A DNA stretch of 63,065 nt, counting the filler, from Reticulomyxa filosa (lineage: Eukaryota > Protista > Foraminifera): assembly GCA_000512085.1 (NCBI GenBank). It is 24 parts of 24 records of this genome, joined end to end, with 100 filler letters (N's around TTAATTAATTAA, not from the genome) between each part and the next. Parts side by side here need not be neighbours in the genome. Positions count along the whole stretch, not along the records: positions 12,704 to 14,049 come from ASPP01000454.1; positions 14,150 to 20,938 come from ASPP01005627.1; positions 21,039 to 23,528 come from ASPP01011834.1; positions 23,629 to 25,057 come from ASPP01022794.1; positions 25,158 to 26,652 come from ASPP01011219.1; 19 more parts are not named here. One strand, 5' to 3'. The translations under genes were made by a program, and so were the position numbers. The notes under the pieces were generated by a model that saw only the letters and a list, made by a program, of their open reading frames with translations, had not been told where the DNA came from and made no database searches. This document shows positions 13,707 to 26,366 of this stretch, piece after piece (position 1 is the first letter of the stretch; each line of letters starts with the position of its first letter).

Positions 13707-14049
13707 TCAATAAACTTGGTAAACATTTAATTTTTTGTCTTTACCGCCAGTAACTAAAAAATTTTTAGAAGGATGGAAGCGAAGATCAGTAATAGAATCA
13801 GTGTGTCCCCTCAAAACAGTAAGTAGCTTATCATTTTTGCACTGAAAGATTCTTGTTCGGTGATCCCAGTATCCCACAGCATAAATTTTTTGGTCATATC
13901 TTCGAACGTCACAACAGGAAATGCCTTCCTTTTTACTTTCAATTTTGATAAAAGGGATCGACTGTTGTTCTTTTTCGTCAGACAAATCGGAAGAAGGATG
14001 AACAGGTGTGAAATAAAATTTCATTTGAGAAAAATCAAAAGAAAAGTGA
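13707..14049 (-). CDS. GNB1L: WD40 protein C-terminus, GNB1L/Asa1-like
   Basis: AVGYWDHRTRIF..LLTVLRGHTDSITDLRF..LVTGGKDKKLNVYQVY-stop matches the GNB1L/Asa1 terminal blades. Confidence 0.7.
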
Positions 14050-14149
14050 NNNNNNNNNNNNNNNNNNNNNNNNNNNNNNNNNNNNNNNNNNNNTTAATTA
14101 ATTAANNNNNNNNNNNNNNNNNNNNNNNNNNNNNNNNNNNNNNNNNNNN

Positions 14150-14180
<31 letters not shown>

Positions 14181-14199
14181 GCATATATATGTAATAAAC

Positions 14200-17100
14200 T
14201 TGTAATTCAATCTGCCAGTCTCGATACAGCTTCGCCAGCTTGGAGTGGGATTTATTGGCAGACTCACGAAGGGACCAGTAGTTGCGCAAATCCCATTTGG
14301 AAAATTTGATGAGTTCTTTCAATTGCTGTTTGATGGGTCCAAACATTGCATTTTTATAAAATTCGACGATCGAGTCGAATTGTTTGTGGAAGGACTTTAA
14401 ATGTGCGATCATATGCAGCAATTGGACTCGAACCTGTTTATCAGATAGTCTTCTCTCGTCGTATCCGCAGGACAGCTCTTGGTTCAATTGTTGGTGGAAG
14501 GCCTCCATCACTTGCAAGCGCAAGTCGAGTTCGCCCAAAGGCGAGTTTTCGATGAACTCGTTCAAGTGGTTGAACATGACATGCAAAAACTTGTCTTTTT
14601 TTTGAGCCTCGGTCAGTATGGTCTCCGGGTCGGGCGTCGGATTGGCGATTTGGGCCATCACTTCGGTGGCCTTGACTCCAAATAGTTCGTGTGGCGATAA
14701 ATGGCTGGATAGGTTCTTGCCGTCTTCCATTTCATCCTGCATGACGTGACTCACTTCGTGTCCCAAGTATTTGCGGAAGCGCTTCTTTTGCTCTTGTTCG
14801 TTTTGCTTATCAAAGTTTCGAATGAGCTCGTCGCTGATCTGCTCCGAGTGGATCAATTGATACAAATAGCACCACGTCTTCATTACATTTTCTGCCAACT
14901 GTCGTTCTTTGCGTTCGAACAACACCGACCACGAGCGGATTTCCAACGATCTCCAGTATCCGATGATTTTGTAGATAGGCTCCAGTTGCGCTGCGATCGA
15001 CGTATGTTTGGCAGCACATCCGTTTTCCCAATCGCCTTGTGCTTTCGAGAGCAGTAGCTCCAGACCAGTTAACACCTTCATCACAGGCGAGCGGATCGAT
15101 ATGTCGCCCAAGTGCATGCACAACTCGCTGATCTCCTGCAATACAGGATGGTTCGGATACACTGACAGCAACGCCGCGATCCTCGTGGACAGCGCTTGCA
15201 AGGGCTTTTGGATCAGTCGCACGTATGCTGGTGACATTTGTGAGTATACGTCCACTGGAGACATATTCACCTGGCCATCCTTCTTCGATTGATGCACCGT
15301 ATACATGTCATGCAGCTGACTGCTGTTGGCCAGACAAGACAAGTGTCCAAATATGTCTGCCCCTTTTTCGAGCCATTGATTGGGGATGTTTGTCGACAGT
15401 AATGAATCTCCTTGTTCCGCATTATCATTGTCACCACTCTTATTATTATTACCATTGTTATTATTGTCATTGCTATTGCTTTTGGATAAAGGGTCTTTCG
15501 CGTTGGTAGTATCGAGTTCCACATCCGTGGCAGTATTGCTGGTGTAGAGATCCACCAAGGCACTTGCGACATGGTGGTGCGCAGACATGCTGTCCATCCA
15601 ATCGTGCGAGGAAGTTTCGTTGCCAAATACGCGCAAAAATTGCTCAAAGATGTGCTTCACGTCTGCCAATGTCAGCTTCACTTCGCCGTGGTATTGACAG
15701 TCGTCCATTTTGAATTGCTGCCTTTTCTGTTCGAGTTTCTGTATTTGCTCTGGTGTTTTGTTTTGAAGGGCCTCGTTTTCCGCCACCAATTCCCTCTCTT
15801 GCTTCTCGGACCACCAAAGGTCTGTTCGACTTTCTTCCTGCTCCATCTCCATCTTTTTGCTCCACGTGCTCGCGTGCTTCTCTCGAATCGTCGGGTCGTT
15901 TGCCAGTTTCGACTCTAGCGACTCCACGTCCTTCTTCATTTGCGTTTTTTTATGTAGCGTTTGACTGGCACGCAAATGCAAGAAATCCAGCAGATAGTCA
16001 GGAAACAATTCGTTTTTCGTTTCTTTCGTTGCTTCTTGTTTGTCATCGATCAGTTGGTATAATGCCTGTTGCATTGAGGACATATTCATATACATACATA
16101 TGTGTATGTACATACATATATATATTATATTTATATGTGCTTTTTCTTACCTCTTGCTCTTCTTTAATCTCTCTTTCTCTTTCTTTTTGGAACTGATACA
16201 ATTGGGCCAAGAGAGTGAACCATTGATCCAACGTACTCAAGTCTTCCCACGACAAGACTCGGACTCCGTTTTGTAGTGGGAATGTCAATGTACAGATAAC
16301 GCTTTTATCCAATCCACTCAAAAGCATCTCTGCAGACAATCTTTTACTGTTGACAATCGTATCTCTTTCGCTGGTCGAATTTTCGTGCACATTTTTGCCC
16401 ATCATCATGTGCTCAGTCTTTTCTTTGATCATTTTGTGCAGCCAAGGTTGCATGAACAGCAAGGCTTCATCAGCGTAGACGCTCACTGGCGATAATAGCA
16501 TTTCAATGCTCTTTGTCATCAGCTCTGTTTCGGTTTTTTTTATCAGCGTTTTATTATTCCAACGTCGTGTCATTTTCCTCGTTGCGCTCTGCGATTGTTC
16601 ATTCAACTCCAGCCATTGCTGCGACTTGTAATTCTCCAGAATGCCGCACAATCCATAGCAAATCATTTCCACTGCATTCGCCAATGGGGCCACAAAGTCG
16701 TTGAAATGACCAAACGTGGTGTTAAGACGTGAGGTCATGTCTTTGGCCAGCGATACAAACGAGCGCAATTGATGGAAGGCATAAGCCAATTCGCGTTTGG
16801 GCGTATCTTTGCTTTGCAATTTCTGGACGGTGTGAAGGACGATGTCATGACTACAATGATGTGTGAAGAAGGTCATGAGCTCATGCCAAAACATTGCAAA
16901 TGTGGTATGGTGCGACTTGGCTTTGCTGCGATACGTCACTTGTCCAAGCAGGTCCATTTTGTATTCCTCCAGAGTATGTTTCTTCGATTGCAACTGATCG
17001 ATGGAATAATTGCGCGTCTTTCCGGTTTGTAACATTTCAATGCGCTTCCATAGCTCCTCTTCGATATCAATGTGGCTCTTTTGCTCCATGCAATCCTCCA

Positions 17101-20100
17101 AGCGAATATTGTATTTGGCATTTGGATCCAAATGTCTGGCTGGGATCAACAACTCCCATCGAAGCAAGCCTAAGAGCACCCAGCAATAGTAGTAATGATC
17201 ACTGTCATTTGTGTCTGTCCCTGTCCTTGTCTCGTCGTTATTTTGGAAATGCAACAGATGTCGATACAATGGCACAAGTAATACGTCTTTTAATGCCAAC
17301 CATCGAATATCTTTACATTCGGATATGACCTGGTCGAATTTGTCTTCATTCCACAAATCCGAGTGTGATTGAGAATTATTCGCGTCTATTTGAAACATTC
17401 GCCAGCAATTGTCCATAAGTGCGTGATGCAGTTCCACTTGTTTGTTATTTTCATACGTCTTTTGCAATGCATACAACGTTAACCCGAACATTGAGAGCAA
17501 ATGTCCTTTGCTCTTTTGTGCATTGTCGCTGTGTCCACCACTGGGTAGGCCATCCTTTGCCAAATGGCGTATCAAGTGCTCCAAAAAGGTAACTACAGAC
17601 TCGCAGTTGCGAATGGACACGTCTCGAAAAGCCAGACCTTTCAGAGTGCTGATCAGTATGGTGGAACGGACACTTTTGTGTAGCATATCAAAACTGCCAC
17701 AGCCAAACATATCTGTGACAAGTTGATGCCAATTGTTCATTTCATCGTGCATGACATTTAAGCAATGCAACCACACACGTTTGCTTTTTTCGCTTTCTTC
17801 GTTCTTTTCACTTTCAACATGTTGTTGTTGTTGTTGCTGTTGTTGCTGTTGCTTCATTACATCGGCAGTCCATATCATCGTTTGCAAATTCACCACATGA
17901 TAGGGATCAATGCTCTTCATTAACAGTCCTTGAGTAATTATACCATGCAGGTCACTTATCATATCCTCGCACTCATTCACATAACTGCTGTGATCGCTTT
18001 CTCTCGTTGTTTGATGCAACGGATTGACCTTGGACAATCCCTTGAACAGCAATGACGGATATCTGGTTAACACTTGGGTATACTCGCCTTTCAGAAAAGT
18101 GCAGGATACAATAGGCGCCAAATACAGCCACACGTGATGCAATTTTGAACTAAAGTTAATCGACTCGGCAAAATTGCGGTACTGTTCCTCTTGCTGCTCT
18201 TTTTCCACCACGTTGTCTTCGTTCGTATCAAAGTACACTTCCAAAAATTTGTCGTCTTCGTGCGTATGTTCGATCGTCATTTTTTGGGTGATTTTTTGCA
18301 AATGCACAGCATATTTGGATTGCACATCCTCCCATTGCTGTTGCAAATAGTGCATTGCATTCTCAATTGTGGTCAACAATTCCAATGCCATGCGATTGTC
18401 CCCGGCTTTGTTCGAATTGTGTTTGGACTGTTTCAATTGCACAATGTCTTGGATCATTGTCTGCTTGCCATCCAAAGTCACCGCCGATGCTACATTGCTA
18501 TGCTCATTCCATTGACCCAAAAACGAAACATGTGCCAATACTTGGGGAAATTGGCATTGCAAAAATTGCAATGTCGATATCGCATTTACCAAGTGATGCT
18601 TCCATTCACTGTTGATCAAATAACATCCTCGCTTGCTATTGCTCGCCTGCAGCAATGGCTGCAACAGTGCCTCGCGACTGTCAGTACTGCCACAATTCCA
18701 ATAGATTTGGGATCGGAAGGATACGATTTGATTCAATCGCATTAAGCGATCGTACAACTGAGCTACTAACACATTGCGAGAAACAAACCCCTGTCCGCCG
18801 TAACGATATAACCGATTCTTTGCCCGGTTTTTGGTATTGACGTCATTGTTCCCGTCACCTCCCACGAGCGTCATCTCGCTCATTTCTGTTGTCGTCACCA
18901 CTGCATGCGTCAATGAGTCCAACAGGTTGCAAAACGCCTCGTTGGCATTGTCTTTTGGGGAAATACCGGTTGCAATGAAAATTTTGTCCATTTGTTTATA
19001 TAATTCGCGGAACCGCATCTAATTGGAATACATTATATTGTAAAGCAATTCATAAATCATATACATGTATTATGTTTATATATGTATAGATATTATATGT
19101 TAGTAACTTGAGTGTTTTGACATTCAAATTCCTTCATTTGTTGCGTGCACGAAAGCCAAATACGACCACGTAAAAAGCAAATTTCTTCACAGTACTTTCC
19201 AATGGATTTGACCTGCGCGCTGCTGTTGCCATAATTGTGCAGCAATTGCTCGCAGATGGAGGACAGCAGCCAATTGATCCACGCGTCCCACTCACGCAAA
19301 AAGGGCACAATGGAGGCGACCCAGGCAACGAGATCGCGACTAAACAGGCGCTCTGACAACTTACGCTTTCGATCATTCGTTGAAATGAGATGTGACAACT
19401 GCACGACGGTGCAATTCGAAATGTCCTCTTCACTTGTCGTTCCAAGTGCTTGAATGTACTGCGTTTCTATCATGTTCCAAAGATGCCAGCGAACAAAGAC
19501 GCAGACCAAACGCTGTACGTCTTGCACAGTACTCAACATAGCCTTGGCTTGTGTGCTTTTGTCAGGATTTATTTGTGTCGTGCAATGTTTGACATAGGCA
19601 TAAATGACATCATTGTTTTGCCACATCAGACTCTTATTTTTTTTTTTTTTTTTTTTTTTTACAACAGCAAAAATAATATGATATTGTTTTTTCTTTTGAA
19701 ATAACTTTGATATAAAAACGTGTAAATATAAAATATAAAAAAAAAAAAAAAACCTGATTCAAAAAAATTTCGGGTTTCAAATTCAAAAGCTCGGCCAATT
19801 GACGCAACATCGTAACGTAACATTGAACAATGGAAGACTGTTGAAATGCTTGAAAGGAAAAGTCAAAAATATCAGCGAATTGTTTCGACGGATGCAATTC
19901 AAGAGCAAGCTTTTGAACGAGAGCTTGATCAATAGTGTCGCGACTCAAATGAATGGCCTCGATCCAAACTCGCCATTGAATGCTATCTTGCACATTATCT
20001 CCGGTCAGTTGAATAAGTCCACAGCATTGGCTTAACAAGTGTTGGCGTCCATATTTCCACTTTTTGGAAAAGTACATATCCATAAACTTGTCCAAAGGAT

Positions 20101-20321
20101 TTGTGGTTGTCTGACTATTGTCTGTGTGTTGTTGTGAGTTAGACCATTTTCTTTTCACAAACTCTTCCAAAATATCTTTGACATTGTCATAGCGCTTTTC
20201 ATTATTTGCATTTTCGGTTTTATCTTTGTCTTTTTGAGACTCTTCTGTTTTTGTAATTTTCTTTTTCGCAGCAGATACTCTTACTGTAAATAGCCGTTGA
20301 TAACCGAGCTGTTTGAAATTT

Positions 20322-20359
<38 letters not shown>

Positions 20360-20938
20360 CATATGCATACACTCATATCTCATTCAAATTAAAAAAGATA
20401 TCACACATACCACAAAAGATGTTCGCAATGCATTTTCGGTATCAGTGTTTTGTTGTATAAGGGCTTGTAGCAATTGTCCCCATTGAAGCAAGGTGCGTTG
20501 AAACTGGAAAATGGCATTGTTGGAGCCACGCTCTGCATGTCCATGCTTCAAGGACAAGTACGTGAATTCCACGGGTGTTTCCGTCGACGAAGACACGCCC
20601 CGAACAAAGTGTCGGAGCAACGCCAAATGAACGTCGATCATCCACTCTCGAAAGCAAAGTGATTTGACGCCGCTTCCAATGAGCAGCTGATGATGCAGGT
20701 CATTTTTGTAAGGAGAGAGTTTGGTTTCCAACGAGTGATGTGTGGCATGGAAGTGGTCCAAGTGATCAAACAGCGGAGCGACGATACCAAACTCGGCACA
20801 TCGATTTCGCATGGCGCGAGAAATTTCTCCAAATTTGCTGTTCATGGTAAAGAAGATACGAAACTCGGGATGGGGCACGACAATACGAGGCTTTCCATTC
20901 ACCAAGCCACATTCGTTCACCAGCAGTACGCCATTGGG
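14200..20938 (-). CDS. MDN1: Midasin (Rea1) AAA-ATPase, internal fragment: end of AAA6 plus linker, at least 5 exons
   Basis: NECGLVNGKPRIVVPHPEFRIFFTMNSKFGEISRAMRNR (AAA6). Linker motifs SPVMKVLTGLELLLSKAQGDWE, WRSLEIRSW, FIENSPLGELDLRLQ and KFSKWDLRNYWSLRESANKSH. Confidence 0.93.
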
Positions 20939-21428
20939 NNNNNNNNNNNNNNNNNNNNNNNNNNNNNNNNNNNNNNNNNNNNTTAATTAATTAANNNNNN
21001 NNNNNNNNNNNNNNNNNNNNNNNNNNNNNNNNNNNNNNTTTTGCCTGTGATTTCTTTTTGTTTTAATTTAGTGTAGATTTTTTGGAGTTTGTTTTTAAGT
21101 TTAGAGTTGTAATATGTTATTTTTTATTGCTTTCATGGGATATTTTTGAAGTTTGATTCGGATGATGTAATTGAATTTTTTTTAAAAAAGTTGACATCTA
21201 TGAATTTCAGTCCTGACTCAAAGACTGTACGTTTAGTGTAAGGTTCTGTTAGACTTTTGTTTTATTTCGTGAGTCACTGGAAAATTTTTTTTTAAGAATG
21301 AAGAACAATTTAAAAAGGATGCAATTCCAATGAAATCAGTACAGCTATTTACTGGCTAAAAAAAATTTGCTTTAAAAATGGTGTTGTTGTATGTCAACTC
21401 AAAACAATGTCCTGACAAAGAGGTTTTT

Positions 21429-21911
21429 TTAATTAGCAAATGAAGTGTTACTGCCCTGGTGTTTGATTAGCGGGCGAAGTGTTGGAATTTGATGCAGGTT
21501 GATTCGAGGGATTATCTTCGTCTTTTTTATACACAGGAATAGTGTACGTGCCAGTTTTCCAGGTTTTTTAGGAAGAGCAGCGCCAATACGTTCGCGCAGA
21601 TTTCCAAAGTTAGATGCCCCAACATAATTGTCTTTTCGTCTGTCATGAGGCAAAAATCTGCCCTCCCGGGCTTCCCATTTTGTATGAACCCTCCCTTTTT
21701 TCGTGTATCCTGCCCCAAGCTTCAACACTCGCATTTCGTCCCTGTAGTTCCTTGGATAAGGATCTCCATATGCTTCTGCCACTAATATCCTTGTTTTGCC
21801 GTGATGAATTTTTTGCCGAATTTCAATCTCGTTCACTAAATTTCGATTTCTTTGAAACTCTTTTCTGTGCATCACACATATACATCTTTTCACTTTCATC
21901 ATTTCAAACAT
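21429..21911 (-). CDS. Basic hypothetical protein (orphan)
   Basis: 160-codon ORF of normal complexity and higher GC than its flanks. No family recognised. Confidence 0.4.
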   Translation of the reverse strand: MFEMMKVKRCICVMHRKEFQRNRNLVNEIEIRQKIHHGKTRILVAEAYGDPYPRNYRDEMRVLKLGAGYTKKGRVHTKWEAREGRFLPHDRRKDNYVGASNFGNLRERIGAALPKKPGKLARTLFLCIKKTKIIPRINLHQIPTLRPLIKHQGSNTSFAN

Positions 21912-22683
21912 AAACGCATCTTAAACACAAACCTTGTTTCATCAATTATGTATTGGCTATGCATTTTATCAGACCCTTTATTTTTTTTACATCAAATATT
22001 ACCACATTGTCAAACATATTTCCCACTAAACTAATTTTAAAAAAATTTTTTAAAAAGAAAATAAGTGTCCCAAAAAAAAGTAGAAATTTCGAACCAACAG
22101 GTTTGTTTGGACATGCGAAGAAGTTGACGATACAAACTAAGGACTTCTGTTCGCAACGTAGGTGCAGATGTCATAATTCACTAGATGTTTTCAAGGAGCA
22201 AATTAATCAAGTGAACTTTTTCTGTTTATCATCAGCTTTGCTTTGAAATGATTTCTAGCTGGTACAACATGCATTTCGATAGAAAATAGGCAAATTTCTG
22301 CATTGAAGCCCTTCACAAACACAAATCCATGTGCCTATGCATTGGACGTTTCATTGTGTTTTTCAAAAAGTAATTTTTAAAATCATTAAATTAAATCGTT
22401 TTTAATTGTAAATTTAAATTTTTTATTTATTATTTATCTGAAAGGCAGTCAGTCAAGAAATGGACAACTCTTTGCTTGACAAGAGAAGGTGTGTAACTGG
22501 CCAGTGGTGTTGTTTTTAAAAAAAGCGGTGAATTTATTTTTTCGATATTGAAGTATTCATTGAAGCATTAAAACTCGGGTTGGGGTATTGATGGCCGAAA
22601 GTAGTGAAAAAACGGAATCCGGTATCATGTGTCTGTTTCGTTTGTATTTGGATTTTTTTTTGTTTACTCTTTCCTCTGCAATC

Positions 22684-23285
22684 ATGGCGAACTTTGTGAG
22701 CGCGCGCGGGCCCCCCGAGAGTTGGAGAGAGAGAAGAAAGTCGAAAAGGAGGAGAGGGGAGGGGAGAGGAGGAAGTGGGAAAAAAAAGCGTCTCACAAAA
22801 ACAGCAACAACAACAAAAAAAAGGAGCACGTAAGTTTCCGACAATAATGCGAGCAGAATTGGCAGGAGGTTATTTCAACAAATTTGTAGTATTTGTAATT
22901 GAAACCCCAAAGGGAGAGACAATTTTGCGAAGATATACGGACTTTGAATGGTTGCGAAGCTGGCTGGTGGCGCTTTACCCGGGGGCATTTATACCCCCAA
23001 TCCCTCCCAAATTACCAGTGACAATGTGGCCAGCGGGCTATTTGTTATCTCGTAAGAAGGAGCTGCAGCAATTCTTGCAACGCATTCAAATCATTCGATA
23101 CTTGGAAAGCGAGGAAATTGTCAAATTTTTCCTGCAATCACACGACCACATTCAAAGCCCGAACAAAGAGGCCGATCTGACCAACAACAGTGCCAGCTTT
23201 GAAAAAGCCAGAAAATCGTGGGATTCCAACCACAAAAAGCCTTCTTTCAACGCACAATTTGAAAACTTGTGTCAAAAATTTCCCG
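22684..23285 (+). CDS. PX-domain protein (sorting nexin), 5' part
   Basis: FVVFVIET..ILRRYTDFEWLRSWLVALYPGAFIPPIPPK..RKKELQQFLQRI..IVKFFL. The exact start and first intron are uncertain. Confidence 0.9.
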
Positions 23286-23628
23286 GTTTTTTTTTTTTTT
23301 TTTTTTTATTTTTTTTTTTTTTAGAATGTGATAATTATCCTAACCTCATTTTACGTATATACATTATACATACATATGTATAATGTATATGTATGTACAT
23401 ATACAAGGAGGAGAGAGAAGAGAGAAAAAGGGAGAAGAATAAATAAATAAAATAAATAATTTTTTTTTTTTTTAGTTGCAACGGTAAATCGCGTCAAGTT
23501 TTTCCTCTCTCTCTCTCTCTCTCTCTCTNNNNNNNNNNNNNNNNNNNNNNNNNNNNNNNNNNNNNNNNNNNNTTAATTAATTAANNNNNNNNNNNNNNNN
23601 NNNNNNNNNNNNNNNNNNNNNNNNNNNN

Positions 23629-25057
23629 CAAACTGCAGTTGCAGTGATGAAGAAGGCAGAACAATTCAATTTGATTGTATCTGAAGATAAGGATTTCTTT
23701 GATAAACAATCAAAAACACACCACCGATTCCATAATATTAAATTGTATGTTCCAAAACATGATGTATATATTGAAATGCAAGCAACACTGAAGAATTTTA
23801 CAACATTGGAAGGATATACTGTGATCGAAAATCCAAAATTAAGCCATTTATTCTATGAACATATTCGAGCATGGAAACCAAATAATTCATCAAAAGAAGA
23901 GGAATTAAAACAAGCAAGTGATGAAACATTGACTAAAATCAATGATATAATTTGTGAGTGGATTGACGAAAAAGAAATCAAAAAAATTGCAAATCGTTAC
24001 AGGCCACATTCAAAAATTCAAATCTTGAAACCTCCACAATTAAAAGAAATAAACGATGAAGAAATCAATGCCAAAAATGATAACAAATTAAAATTAACAA
24101 AATTTGTTTATGATCAACTTTGTAAATTCAATCCAGTGAAAATGAAAGGACAAGCTATTTATGTTATTTTATTTGAATATTTCAAAAAACATATTATGGG
24201 TGAACTGAATCCAGCAAGCTGTGCTGATGTTATATCAATATTGAAAGAATCAAGAAGACAAGAATTAGAAGAAGATACAACAATGTTACAAGCCCTTGAA
24301 ACATATATTCCATTGCATGCAAATAATTATTCATACACCGATAGTGATGATAACAAAAACAGTAACGCACATGATTGCCATCAACATATAGTCAATTTGT
24401 TGACAGAAGAGGAAAAAAGTGTAGTACAAATGCAACAACAAGTAATAGTATTACAAGGGAAATCAGGATCAGGTAAAAGTTTATTCTGTCGTCATTTAGA
24501 AGAAACTTTGTGGGAATCACATGTAAATGGTTCTATAACATCCATACCAATCTATATTTCATTGCCAAAATGTTATAATGAATTAAATGAAAAACAAGTA
24601 ATTATTCAAGCTCTACAAATGAAGCAAATCAGTAAAGAGATAATCGATGTTGTTCGTGAAAATATTTCATTTGTACTTATTTTGGATGGATTTGATGAAA
24701 TATTTGACAAATATAATAAAAATAGTAAAGAAAGATATTTTTATGATCGATTCAATTTAAATGAATGGAATGCAAAAGTAATAGTAACATGTCGAAGTCA
24801 TGTATTAAATGATGAAGATATTAAACATGTTTTAATTGGCTCAAAGAACATTACAACAACATCAATGATATATTTATGGCCTTTTTCAAAAGATCAAATG
24901 AATGGATATATTGATAAATTTGTGAAAATGAATAAAAATAAAGTAAATGATAATTTGGATTGGACAATACAACAATATGAAGAAACATTAAATAATTTTC
25001 CAAATTTACATACAATGATGGAAGAACCATTTTTACTTCGAATGATATTAACTGTAT
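23629..25057 (+). CDS. NACHT (STAND) NTPase with an upstream RelA/SpoT-like nucleotidyltransferase segment, truncated at both ends
   Basis: One open frame spans the whole contig. Walker A GKSGSGKS (24457-24480), Walker B FVLILDGFDE (to 24699), sensor VIVTCR, PFS..Y and PFLLRM motifs. The N-terminal assignment is less certain than the NACHT. Confidence 0.85.
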
Positions 25058-25157
25058 NNNNNNNNNNNNNNNNNNNNNNNNNNNNNNNNNNNNNNNNNNN
25101 NTTAATTAATTAANNNNNNNNNNNNNNNNNNNNNNNNNNNNNNNNNNNNNNNNNNNN

Positions 25158-25196
<39 letters not shown>

Positions 25197-25232
25197 GTAT
25201 GATGTATCCAATGTAATATAATACAAATAAAG

Positions 25233-25809
25233 GTGTACGCAGATATATCACTGGCCATTCGATATTTGCGCACGGGTCAGAGCAGCGCCGATTATCTCTC
25301 TCAGATGCGAATATCTTAATAGTGGACTTGGATGCGCATCAAGGAAATGGACATGAACGTGATTGTAAGGACCTGTACAAGGATGATAAGCACTTATTTG
25401 TAATGGATGCGTACAACGTACAAATCTACCCACGAGATACGTACGCGGCAGAGAGGGTAAATTATCGTGTGGGGTGTCACTTTGGATGCTCGGATAAGCA
25501 ATACTTGGAAAATCTCGAAAAAACCTTCCAATCTATTTCAAGGAAACCGAATATGCCTTGCAAAGGAGACCACGATTTATCATTTACAATGCTGGCACTG
25601 ATTGCTTGGTGGGCGATCCTTTGGGCGGTATGTGCATCAGTTCTGACGGAATTATTGAGAGGGATCAACTGGTATTCCGATATGCTAGGCAATTTAACAT
25701 CCCTGTTCTCATGGTTTTGTCAGGAGGGTATCAGCGCAACAATGCCACTATTATTGGCCAAAGCATTATCAATTTAAAACAAAACGGATTATTGGATTAC
25801 ACACACTAA
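25233..25809 (+). CDS. HDAC11: Histone deacetylase 11 (class IV), 3' part, with two frame breaks
   Basis: VYADISLAIRYL, ILIVDLDAHQGNGHERD, IYPRD, IIYNAGTDCLVGDPLG, ERDQLVF and MVLSGGYQ. Confidence 0.92.
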
Positions 25810-26136
25810 TTTTTTTTTGCCTCTTTTTAGAAAAAGCATCTTTGCATTTTCCTAACGTTTGAACAGGTTCATTGTACTCTTTCCTTCCTTTGTTAATCTT
25901 TTTTAATATATTTCATTTGTACCGTTCGAAAAGCAGATCAACTAGTTTCCCTCCCACAAACAATATCTCACATTTTTTCCGTTCGTGAAATATACAAGTA
26001 GGATCATTTGATGTTAAAATATACTTTGAAAAATGTCTTTCTACAGCAAAGGAACAAAAAGCAGGACAGGGGGAAAGAAAGACTCGCAGTGAGCCAAAAT
26101 TTTTTTAAAAATAGGGGTCCGCAAAGCATTGAAATC

Positions 26137-26366
26137 ATGTCAGTAATTGTTACATTTGGCAATATCTCCAAACAAATTTGTTTGGAGACAATAACCGTCA
26201 AAGAGCTACGAGATAAAATCTGCGAAGCATTTTCAGATGAGCTTGGCGCTTCTGCTGCAAAGGTGAAGATCCAGGACGACGATAATTGTGATGTGGAGAC
26301 AGACGACAACGTCCAAGACGCGCTTGACGATGACAACAAAACCTTTTATATTTTTTTGGACTCAAG
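26137..26366 (+). CDS. Protein with an N-terminal PB1/ubiquitin-like beta-grasp domain (first exon)
   Basis: MSVIVTFGNISKQICLETITVKELRDKICEAF..KVKIQDDDNCDVETDDNVQDAL: beta-beta-alpha-beta pattern with an acidic OPCA-like patch. Confidence 0.55.
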
